A DNA stretch of 64,000 nucleotides from assembly GCA_964276515.1 (NCBI GenBank), contig OZ193909.1, forward strand, positions 10,292,001 to 10,356,000, written 5' to 3'. The notes under the pieces were generated by a model. That model ran no database searches and had not been told where the DNA came from. It worked only from the letters and a program-made list of their open reading frames with translations. Positions 12,301-24,809 of this stretch are shown one piece after another (the stretch's first letter is position 1; each line of letters starts with the position of its first letter). The translations under genes and the position numbers were made by a program. The DNA comes from Gordius albopunctatus (taxonomy: Eukaryota).

Positions 12301-15300
12301 AAGACAACGTTATATTGTTGCGATTTGTTTGTTTCATCGCGACGAGAGTGCTGAATTTTTGAAACATGCTATATGCGATGATTATTTCAAAGTAATAGTT
12401 ATCTAATTGTGATAAATTTTTACTTCTTATCATGAAAATCGCGTCTGAAAATAACAACTTTCATCGGATGAATATGGTTTAATGGAAATAATTTTAAATA
12501 TTTTGAGCTGAAAAATATATTTTTTGTTATTTTGTGTAAAAGAGCTTGAAAAAATATATAAAAGTATGCTAATTTGAGATTCCTATTAATCTCGATCGAC
12601 TCCTTATAAGAAGTTTTAATCTGCGAAAACTATCATTTTGAGGAAAGATAACGTTATATTGTTGCGATTAGTTTGTTTCATCGCGACGAGAGTGCTGAAT
12701 TTTTGAAACATGCTATATGCGATGATTATTTCAAAGTAATAGTTATCTAATTGTGATAAATTTTTACTTCTTATCATGAAAATCACGTCTGAAAATAACA
12801 ACTTTCATCGGATGAATATGGTTTAATGGAAATAATTTTAAATATTTTGAGCTGAAAAATATATTTTTTGTTATTTTGTGTAAAAGAGCTTGAAAAAATA
12901 TGTAAAAGTAAGCTAATTTGAGATTCATATTAATCTCGATCGACTCCTTATAAGAAGTTTTAATCTGCGAAAACTATCATTTTGAGAAAAAGACAACGTT
13001 ATATTGTTGCGATTAGTTTGTTTCATCGCGACGAGAGTGCTGAATTTTTGAAACATGCTATATGCGATGATTATTTCAAAGTAATAGTTATCTAATTGTG
13101 ATAAATTTTTACTTCTTATCATGAAAATCACGTCTGAAAATAACAACTTTCATCGGATGAATATGGTTTAATGGAAATAATTTTAAATATTTTGAGCTGA
13201 AAAATATATTTTTTGTTATTTTATGTAAAAGAGCTTGAAAAAATATATAAAAGTAAGCTAATTTGAGATTCCTATTAATCTCGATCGACTCCTTATAAGA
13301 AGTTTTAAGCTGCGAGAACTATCATTTTGAGGAAAGACAACGTTATATTGTTGCGATTAGTTTGTTTCATCGCGACGAGAGTGCTGAATTTTTGAAGCAT
13401 GCTATATGCCATGATGATTTCAAAGTAATAGTTATCTAATTGTGATAAATTTTTACTTCTTATGATGGAATACACGTCTGAAAATAACAACTTTCTTCGG
13501 ATGAATATGGTTTAATGGAAATAATTTTAAATATTTTGAGCTAAAAAACGATATTTTTTGTTATTTTATGTAAAAGAGCTTGAAAAAATATGTAAAAGTA
13601 AGCTAATTTGAGATTCATATTAATCTCGATCGACTCCTTATAAGAAGTTTTAATCTGCGAAAACTATTATTTTGAGGAAAGACAACGTTATATTGTTGCG
13701 ATTAGTTTGTTTCATCGCGACGAGAGTGCTGAATTTTTGAAACATGCTATATGCGATGATTATTTTAAAGTAATAGTTATCTAATTGTGATAAATTTTTA
13801 CTTCTTATCATGGAATACACGTCTGAAAATAACAACTTTCATCGGATCAATATGTGTTAATGGAAATAATTTTTAATATTTTGAGCTGAAAAATATATTT
13901 TTTGTTATTTTATGTAAAAGAGCTTGAAAAAATATATAAAAGTAAGCTAATTTGAGATTCCTATTAATCTCGATCGACTCCTTATAAGAAGTTTTAAGCT
14001 GCGAGAACTATCATTTTGAGGAAAGACAACGTTATATTGTTGCGATTAGTTTGTTTCATCGCGACGAGAGTGCTGAATTTTTGAAACATGCTATATGCGA
14101 TGATTATTTCAAAGTAATAGTTATCTAATTGTGATAAATTTTTACTTCTTATGATGGAATACACGTCTGAAAATAACAACTTTCTTTGGATGAATATGGT
14201 TTAATGGAAATAATTTTAAATATTTTGAGCTAAAAAACGATATTTTTTGTTATTTTATGTAAAAGAGCTTGAAAAAATATATAAAAGTAAGCTAATTTGA
14301 GATTCCTATTAATCTCGATCGACTCCTTATAAGAAGTTTTAAGCTGCGAGAACTATCATTTTGAGGAAAGACAACGTTATATTGTTGCGATTAGTTTGTT
14401 TCATCGCGACGAGAGTGCTGAATTTTTGAAACATGCTATATGCGATGATTATTTCAAAGTAATAGTTATCTAATTGTGATAAATTTTTACTTCTTATCAT
14501 GAAAATCACGTCTGAAAATAACAACTTTCATCGGATGAATATGGTTTAATGGAAATAATTTTAAATATTTTGAGCTGAAAAATATATTTTTTGTTATTTT
14601 GTGTAAAAGAGCTTGAAAAAATATGTAAAAGTAAGCTAATTTGAGATTCATATAAATCTCGATCGACTCCTTATAAGAAGTTTTAATCTGCGAAAACTAT
14701 TATTTTTAGGAAAGACAACGTTGTATTGTTGCGATTAGTTTGTTTCATCGCGACGAGAGTGCTGAATTTTTGAAGCGTGCTATATGCCATGATGATTTCA
14801 AAGTAATAGTTATCTAATTGTGATAAATTTTTACTTCTTATGATGGAATACACTTCTGAAAATAACAACTTTCTTCGGATGAATATGGTTTAATGGAAAT
14901 AATTTTAAATATTTTTAGCTAAAAAATATATTTTTTGTTATTTTATGTAAAAGAGCTTGAAAAAATATATAAAAGTAAGCTAATTTGAGAATCCTATTAA
15001 TCTCGATCGACACCTTATAAGAAGTTTTAAGCTGCGAGAACTATCATTTTGAGAAAAAGACAACGTTATATTGTTGCGATTAGTTTGTTTCATCGCGACG
15101 AGAGTGCTGAATTTTTGAAACATGCTATATGCGATGATTATTTCAAAGTAATAGTTATCTAATTGTGATAAATTTTTACTTCTTATGATGGAATACACGT
15201 CTGAAAATAACAACTTTCTTTGGATGAATATGGTTTAATGGAAATAATTTTAAATATTTTGAGCTAAAAAACGATATTTTTTGTTATTTTATGTAAAAGA

Positions 15301-16732
15301 GCTTGAAAAAATATATAAAAGTAAGCTAATTTGAGATTCCTATTAATCTCGATCGACTCCTTATAAGAAGTTTTAAGCTGCGAGAACTATCATTTTGAGG
15401 AAAGACAACGTTATATTGTTGCGATTAGTTTGTTTCATCGCGACGAGAGTGCTGAATTTTTGAAACATGCTATATGCGATGATTATTTCAAAGTAATAGT
15501 TATCTAATTGTGATAAATTTTTACTTCTTATCATGAAAATCACGTCTGAAAATAACAACTTTCATCGGATGAATATGGTTTAATGGAAATAATTTTAAAT
15601 ATTTTGAGCTGAAAAATATATTTTTTGTTATTTTGTGTAAAAGAGCTTGAAAAAATATGTAAAAGTAAGCTAATTTGAGATTCATATTAATCTCGATCGA
15701 CTCCTTATAAGAAGTTTTAATCTGCGAAAACTATTATTTTTAGGAAAGACAACGTTGTATTGTTGCGATTAGTTTGTTTCATCGCGACGAGAGTGCTGAA
15801 TTTTTGAAGCGTGCTATATGCCATGATGATTTCAAAGTAATAGTTATCTAATTGTGATAAATTTTTACTTCTTATGATGGAATACACGTCTGAAAATAAC
15901 AACTTTCTTCGCATGAATATGGTTTAATGGAAATAATTTTAAATATTTTTAGCTAAAAAATATATTTTTTGTTATTTTATGTAAAAGAGCTTGAAAAAAT
16001 ATATAAAAGTAAGCTAATTTGAGAATCCTATTAATCTCGATCGACACCTTATAAGAAGTTTTAAGCTGCGAGAACTATCATTTTGAGAAAAAGACAACGT
16101 TATATTGTTGCGATTAGTTTGTTTCATCGCGACGAGAGTGCTGAATTTTTGAAACATGCTATATGCGATGATTATTTCAAAGTAATAGTTATCTAATTGT
16201 GATAAATTTTTACTTCTTATCATGAAAATCACGTCTGAAAATAACAACTTTCATCGGATGAATATGGTTTAATGGAAATAATTTTAAATATTTTGAGCTG
16301 AAAAATATATTTTTTGTTATTTTATGTAAAAGAGCTTGAAAAAATATATAAAAGTAAGCTAATTTGAGATTCCTATTAATCTCGATCGACTCCTTATAAG
16401 AAGTTTTAAGCTGCGAGAACTATCATTTTGAGGAAAGACAACGTTATATTGTTGCGATTAGTTTGTTTCATCGCGACGAGAGTGCTGAATTTTTGAAACA
16501 TGCTATATGCGATGATTATTTCAAAGTAATAGTTATCTAATTGTGATAAATTTTTACTTCTTATGATGGAATACACGTCTGAAAATAACAACTTTCTTTG
16601 GATGAATATGGTTTAATGGAAATAATTTTAAATATTTTGAGCTAAAAAACGATATTTTTTGTTATTTTATGTAAAAGAGCTTGAAAAAATATATAAAAGT
16701 AAGCTAATTTGAGATTCCTATTAATCTCGATC
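1..16732. repeat. Domain A: mixed 344/345-bp monomers with a recurring ordered variant cassette (irregular higher-order repeat)
   Basis: Diagnostic variants (gagaaaaagac insertion; ttttaaag + ggatcaatatgtg; atagctatc; cacctctg; gatttgtttg + atcgcgtc) recur in the same order at offsets 3789, 3100 and 3445 bp (e.g. ORF-track coordinates 1433, 5222, 8322, 11767). Confidence 0.9.
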
Positions 16733-19700
16733 GACTCCTTATAAGAAGTTTTAAGCTGCGAGAACTATCATTTTGAGGAAAGACAACGTTATATTGTTGC
16801 GATTATCATCGCGACGAGAATGCTGAATTTTTGAAACATGCTATATGCGATGATTATTTCAAAGTAATAGTTATCTAATTGTGATAAATTTTTACTTCTT
16901 ATCATGGAATACACGTCTGAAAATAACAACTTTCATCGGATGAATATGTGTTAATGGAAATAATTTTAAATATTTTGAGCTAAAAAAATATATTTTTTGT
17001 TATTTTATGTAAAAGAGCTTGAAAAAATATATAAAAGTAAGCTAATTTGAGAATCCTATTAATCTCGATCGACTCCTTATAAGAAGTTTTAAGCTGCGAG
17101 AACTATGATTTTGAGGAAAGACAACGTTATATTGTTGCGATTAGTTGTGAGTGCTGAATTTTTGAAACATGCTATATGCGATGATGATTTCAAAGTAATA
17201 CTTTTCTAATCCTGATAAATTTTTACTTCTTATCATGGAAATCACGTCTGAAAATAACAACTTTCATTGGATGAATATAGTTTAATGGAAAATTTTTTAA
17301 ATATTTTGAGCTAAAAAAATATATTTTTTGTTATTTTATGTGAAAGAGCTTGAAAAAATATATAAAAGTAAGCTAATTTGAGAATCCTATTATTCTCTAT
17401 CGACTCCTTATAAGAAGTTTTAAGCTGCGAGAACTATGATTTTGAGGAAAGAAAACGTTATATTGTTGCGATTAGTTTGTTTCATCGCGACGAGAGTGCT
17501 GAATTTTTGAAACATGCTATATGCGATGATTATTTTAAAGTAATAGTTATCTAATTGTGATAAAATTTTACATCTTATCATGAAAATCACGTCTGAAAAT
17601 AACAACTTTCATCGGATGAATATGGTTTAATGGAAATAATTTTAAATATTTTTAGCTAAAAAAATATATTTTTTGTTATTTTATGTAAAAGAGCTTGAAA
17701 AAATATATAAAAGTAAGCTAATTTGAGAATCTTATTAATCTCGATCGACTCCTTATAAGAAGTTTTAAGCTGCGAGAACTATCATTTTGAGGAAAGACAA
17801 CGTTATATTGTTGCGATTATCATCGCGACGAGAATGCTGAATTTTTGAAACATGCTATATGCGATGATTATTTCAAAGTAATAGTTATTTAATTGTGATA
17901 AATTTTTACTTCTTATCATGGAATACACGTCTGAAAATAACAACTTTCATCGTATGAATATGTGTTAATGGAAATAATTTTAAATATTTTGAGCTAAAAA
18001 AATATATTTTTTGTTATTTTATGTAAAAGAGCTTGAAAAAATATATAAAAGTAAGCTAATTTGAGAATCCTATTAATCTCGATCGACTCCTTATAAGAAG
18101 TTTTAAGCTGCGAGAACTATGATTTTGAGGAAAGACAACGTTATATTGTTGCGATTAGTTGTGAGTGCTGAATTTTTGAAACATGCTATATGCGATGATG
18201 ATTTCAAATTAATACTTTTCTAATCCTGATAAATTTTTACTTCTTATCATGGAAATCACGTCTGAAAATAACAACTTTCATTGGATAAATATAGTTTAAT
18301 GGAAAAAATTTTAAATATTTTGAGCTAAAAAAATATATTTTTTGTTATTTTATGTGAAAGAGCTTGAAAAAATATATGAAAGTAAGCTAATTTGAGAATC
18401 ATATTATTCTTTATAGACTCCTTATAAGAAGTTTTAAGCTGCGAGAACTATGATTTTGAGGAAAGAAAACGTTATATTGTTGCGATTAGTTTGTTTCATC
18501 GCGACGAGAGTGCTGAATTTTTGAAACATGCTATATGCGATGATGATTTCAAAGTGATAGTTATATAATTCTGATTAATTTTTACTTTTTATCATGAAAA
18601 TCACGTCTGAAAATAACAACTTTCATCGGATAAATATGGTTTAATGGAAAAATTTTTAAATATTTTGAGCTAAAAAAATATATTTTTTGTTATTTTATGT
18701 AAAAGAGCTTGAAAAAATATATAAAAGTAAGCTAATTTGAGAATCCTATTAATCTCGATCGACTCCTTATAAGAAGTTTTAACCTGCGAGAACTATCATT
18801 TTGAGGAAAGACAACGTTATATTGTTCCGATCATCATCGCGACGAGAATACTGAATTTTTGAAACATGCTATATGCAATGATTATTTCAAAGTAATAGTT
18901 ATCTAATTGTGATAAATTTTTACTTCTTATCATGGAATACACGTCTGAAAATAACAACTTTCATCGGATGAATATGGTTTAATGGAAAAAATTTTAAATA
19001 TTTTGAGCTAAAAAAATATATTTTTTGTTATTTTATGTAAAAGAGCTTGAAAAAATATATAAAAGTAAGCTAATTTGAGAATCCTATTAATCTCGATCGA
19101 CACCTTATAAGAAGTTTTAAGCTGCGAGAACTATCATTTTGAGGAAAGACAACGTTATATTGTTGCGATTAGTTGTGAGTGCTGAATTTTTGAAACATGC
19201 TATATGCGATGATGATTTCAAAGTAATACTTTTCTAATCCTGATAAATTTTTACTTCTTATCATGAAAATCAGGTCTGAAAATAACAACTTTCATCGGAT
19301 AAATATGGTTTAATGGAAAAAATTTTAAATATTTTGAGCTAAAAAAATATATTTTTTGTTATTTTATGTAAATGAGTTTGAAAAAATATATAAAAGTAAG
19401 CTAATTTGAGAATCCTATTAATCTCGATCGACTCCTTATAAGAAGTTTTAAGCTGCGAGAACTATCATTTTGAGGAAAGACAACGTTATATTGTTCCGAT
19501 TATCATCGCGACGAGAATGCTGAATTTTTGAAACATGCTATATGCGATGATTATTTCAAAGTAATAGTTATCTAATTGTGATAAATTTTTACTTCTTATC
19601 ATGGAATACACGTCTGAAAATAACAACTTTCATCGGATGAATATGGTTTAATGGAAAAAATTTTAAATATTTTGAGCTAAAAAAATATATTTTTTGTTAT

Positions 19701-22700
19701 TTTATGTAAAAGAGCTTGAAAAAATATATAAAAGTAAGCTAATTTGAGAATCCTATTAATCTCGATCGACTCCTTATAAGAAGTTTTAAGCTGCGAGAAC
19801 TATGATTTTGAGGAAAGACAACGTTATATTGTTGCGATTAGTTGTGAGTGCTGAATTTTTGAAACATGCTATATGCGATGATGATTTCAAAGTAATACTT
19901 TTCTAATCCTGATAAATTTTTACATCTTATCATGGAAATCACGTCTGAAAATAACAACTTTCATTGGATGAATATAGTTTAATGGAAAAAATTTTAAATA
20001 TTTTGAGCTAAAAAAATATATTTTTTGTTATTTTATGTGAAAGAGCTTGAAAAAATATATAAAAGTAAGCTAATTTGAGAATCTTATTAATCTCGATCGA
20101 CTCCTTATAAGAAGTTTTAAGCTGCGAGAACTATCATTTTGAGGAAAGACAACGTTATATTGTTGCGATTATCATCGCGACGAGAATGCTGAATTTTTGA
20201 AACATGCTATATGCGATGATTATTTCAAAGTAATAGTTATTTAATTGTGATAAATTTTTACTTCTTATCATGGAATACACGTCTGAAAATAACAACTTTC
20301 ATCGGATGAATATGTGTTAATGGAAATAATTTTAAATATTTTGAGCTAAAAAAATATATTTTTTGTTATTTTATGTAAAAGAGCTTGAAAAAATATATAA
20401 AAGTAAGCTAATTTGAGAATCCTATTAATCTCGATCGACTCCTTATAAGAAGTTTTAAGCTGCGAGAACTATGATTTTGAGGAAAGACAACGTTATATTG
20501 TTGCGATTAGTTGTGAGTGCTGAATTTTTGAAACATGCTATATGCGATGATGATTTCAAATTAATACTTTTCTAATCCTGATAAATTTTTACTTCTTATC
20601 ATGGAAATCACGTCTGAAAATAACAACTTTCATTGGATAAATATAGTTTAATGGAAAAAATTTTAAATATTTTGAGCTAAAAAAATATATTTTTTGTTAT
20701 TTTATGTGAAAGAGCTTGAAAAAATATATGAAAGTAAGCTAATTTGAGAATCATATTATTCTTTATAGACTCCTTATAAGAAGTTTTAAGCTGCGAGAAC
20801 TATGATTTTGAGGAAAGACAACGTTATATTGTTGCGATTAGTTGTGAGTGCTGAATTTTTGAAACATGCTATATGCGATGATGATTTCAAATTAATACTT
20901 TTCTAATCCTGATAAATTTTTACTTCTTATCATGGAAATCACGTCTGAAAATAACAACTTTCATTGGATAAATATAGTTTAATGGAAAAAATTTTAAATA
21001 TTTTGAGCTAAAAAAATATATTTTTTGTTATTTTATGTGAAAGAGCTTGAAAAAATATATGAAAGTAAGCTAATTTGAGAATCATATTATTCTTTATAGA
21101 CTCCTTATAAGAAGTTTTAAGCTGCGAGAACTATGATTTTGAGGAAAGAAAACGTTATATTGTTGCGATTAGTTTGTTTCATCGCGACGAGAGTGCTGAA
21201 TTTTTGAAACATGCTATATGCGATGATGATTTCAAAGTGATAGTTATATAATTCTGATTAATTTTTACTTTTTATCATGAAAATCACGTCTGAAAATAAC
21301 AACTTTCATCGGATAAATATGGTTTAATGGAAAAATTTTTAAATATTTTGAGCTAAAAAAAAATATTTTTTGTTATTTTATGTAAAAGAGCTTGAAAAAA
21401 TATATAAAAGTAAGCTAATTTGAGAATCCTATTAATCTCGATCGACTCCTTATAAGAAGTTTTAACCTGCGAGAACTATCATTTTGAGGAAAGACAACGT
21501 TATATTGTTCCGATCATCATCGCGACGAGAATACTGAATTTTTGAAACATGCTATATGCAATGATTATTTCAAAGTAATAGTTATCTAATTGTGATAAAT
21601 TTTTACTTCTTATCATGGAATACACGTCTGAAAATAACAACTTTCATCGGATGAATATGGTTTAATGGAAAAAATTTTAAATATTTTGAGCTAAAAAAAT
21701 ATATTTTTTGTTATTTTATGTAAAAGAGCTTGAAAAAATATATAAAAGTAAGCTAATTTGAGAATCCTATTAATCTCGATCGACACCTTATAAGAAGTTT
21801 TAAGCTGCGAGAACTATCATTTTGAGGAAAGACAACGTTATATTGTTGCGATTAGTTGTGAGTGCTGAATTTTTGAAACATGCTATATGCGATTATGATT
21901 TCAAAGTAATACTTTTCTAATCCTGATAAATTTTTACTTCTTATCATGAAAATCAGGTCTGAAAATAACAACTTTCATCGGATAAATATGGTTTAATGGA
22001 AAAAATTTTAAATATTTTGAGCTAAAAAAATATATTTTTTGTTATTTTATGTAAATGAGTTTGAAAAAATATATAAAAGTAAGCTAATTTGAGAATCCTA
22101 TTAATCTCGATCGACTCCTTATAAGAAGTTTTAAGCTGCGAGAACTATCATTTTGAGGAAAGACAACGTTATATTGTTCCGATTATCATCGCGACGAGAA
22201 TGCTGAATTTTTGAAACATGCTATATGCGATGATTATTTCAAAGTAATAGTTATCTAATTGTGATAAATTTTTACTTCTTATGATGGAATACACGTCTGA
22301 AAATAACAACTTTCATCGGATGAATATGGTTTAATGGAAAAAATTTTAAATATTTTGAGCTAAAAAAATATATTTTTTGTTATTTTATGTAAAAGAGCTT
22401 GAAAAAATATATAAAAGTAAGCTAATTTGAGAATCCTATTAATCTCGATCGACTCCTTATAAGAAGTTTTAAGCTGCGAGAACTATGATTTTGAGGAAAG
22501 ACAACGTTATATTGTTGCGATTAGTTGTGAGTGCTGAATTTTTGAAACATGCTATATGCGATGATGATTTCAAAGTAATACTTTTCTAATCCTGATAAAT
22601 TTTTACTTCTTATCATGGAAATCACGTCTGAAAATAACAACTTTCATTGGATGAATATAGTTTAATGGAAAAATTTTTAAATATTTTGAGCTAAAAAAAT

Positions 22701-24809
22701 ATATTTTTTGTTATTTTATGTGAAAGAGCTTGAAAAAATATATAAAAGTAAGCTAATTTGAGAATCTTATTAATCTCGATCGACTCCTTATAAGAAGTTT
22801 TAAGCTGCGAGAACTATCATTTTGAGGAAAGACAACGTTATATTGTTGCGATTATCATCGCGACGAGAATGCTGAATTTTTGAAACATGCTATATGCGAT
22901 GATTATTTCAAAGTAATAGTTATTTAATTGTGATAAATTTTTACTTCTTATCATGGAATACACGTCTGAAAATAACAACTTTCATCGGATGAATATGTGT
23001 TAATGGAAATAATTTTAAATATTTTGAGCTAAAAAAATATATTTTTTGTTATTTTATGTAAAAGAGCTTGAAAAAATATATAAAAGTAAGCTAATTTGAG
23101 AATCCTATTAATCTCGATCGACTCCTTATAAGAAGTTTTAAGCTGCGAGAACTATGATTTTGAGGAAAGACAACGTTATATTGTTGCGATTAGTTGTGAG
23201 TGCTGAATTTTTGAAACATGCTATATGCGATGATGATTTCAAATTAATACTTTTCTAATCCTGATAAATTTTTACTTCATATCATGGAAATCACGTCTGA
23301 AAATAACAACTTTCATTGGATAAATATAGTTTAATGGAAAAAATTTTAAATATTTTGAGCTAAAAAAATATATTTTTTGTTATTTTATGTGAAAGAGCTT
23401 GAAAAAATATATGAAAGTAAGCTAATTTGAGAATCCTATTATTCTTTATAGACTCCTTATAAGAAGTTTTAAGCTGCGAGAACTATGATTTTGAGGAAAG
23501 AAAACGTTATATTGTTGCGATTAGTTTGTTTCATCGCGACGAGAGTGCTGAATTTTTGAAACATGCTATATGCGATGATGATTTCAAAGTGATAGTTATA
23601 TAATTCTGATTAATTTTTACTTTTTATCATGAAAATCACGTCTGAAAATAACAACTTTCATCGGATAAATATGGTTTAATGGAAAAATTTTTAAATATTT
23701 TGAGCTAAAAAAATATATTTTTTGTTATTTTATGTAAAAGAGCTTGAAAAAATATATAAAAGTAAGCTAATTTGAGAATCCTATTAATCTCGATCGACTC
23801 CTTATAAGAAGTTTTAAGCTGCGAGAACTATCATTTTGAGGAAAGACAACGTTATATTGTTGCGATTATCATCGCGACGAGAATGCTGAATTTTTGAAAC
23901 ATGCTATATGCGATGATTATTTCAAAGTAATAGTTATCTAATTGTGATAAATTTTTACTTCTTATCATGGAATACACGTCTGAAAATAACAACTTTCATC
24001 GGATGAATATGGTTTAATGGAAATAATTTTAAATATTTTGAGCTAAAAAAATATATTTTTTGTTATTTTATGTAAAAGAGCTTGAAAAAATATATAAAAG
24101 TAAGCTAATTTGAGAATCCTATTAATCTCGATCGACTCCTTATAAGAAGTTTTAAGCTGCGAGAACTATCATTTTGAGGAAAGACAACGTTATATTGTTG
24201 CGATTATCATCGCGACGAGAATGCTGAATTTTTGAAACATGCTATATGCGATGATTATTTCAAAGTAATAGTTATCTAATTGTGATAAATTTTTACTTCT
24301 TATCATGGAATACACGTCTGAAAATAACAACTTTCATCGGATGAATATGTGTTAATGGAAATAATTTTAAATATTTTGAGCTAAAAAAATATATTTTTTG
24401 TTATTTTATGTAAAAGAGCTTGAAAAAATATATAAAAGTAAGCTAATTTGAGAATCCTATTAATCTCGATCGACTCCTTATAAGAAGTTTTAAGCTGCGA
24501 GAACTATCATTTTGAGGAAAGACAACGTTATATTGTGGCGATTATCATCGCGACGAGAATGCTGAATTTTTGAAACATGCTATATGCGATGATTATTTCA
24601 AAGTAATAGTTATCTAATTGTGATAAATTTTTACTTCTTATCATGAAAATCACGTCTGAAAATAACAACTTTCATCGGATGAATATGGTTTAATGGAAAC
24701 AATTTTAAATATTTTTAGCTAAAAAAATATTTTTTTTGTTATTTTATGTAAAAGAGCTTGAAAAAATATATAAAAGTAAGCTAATTTGAGATTCCTATTA
24801 ATCTCGATC
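16733..24809. repeat. Domain B: divergent subfamily, 24 monomers (11 x 338 bp, 9 x 331 bp, 4 x 345 bp)
   Basis: Monomer lengths measured between successive gactcc/gacacc anchors sum to 8077 bp. The 7-bp deletion gives gcgattatcatcgcg and the 14-bp net deletion gives gcgattagttgtgagtg. Characteristic substitutions include gagaatcc, cttttctaatcctg, gctaaaaaaatat and ggaaaaaatttt. The ORF track almost disappears here. Confidence 0.93.

Noticed and set aside
16733..24809. Transposon or foreign insertion explaining the gap in the ORF track
   Set aside because: The region is still the same satellite in the same orientation. The ORFs vanish only because of small deletions and substitutions.
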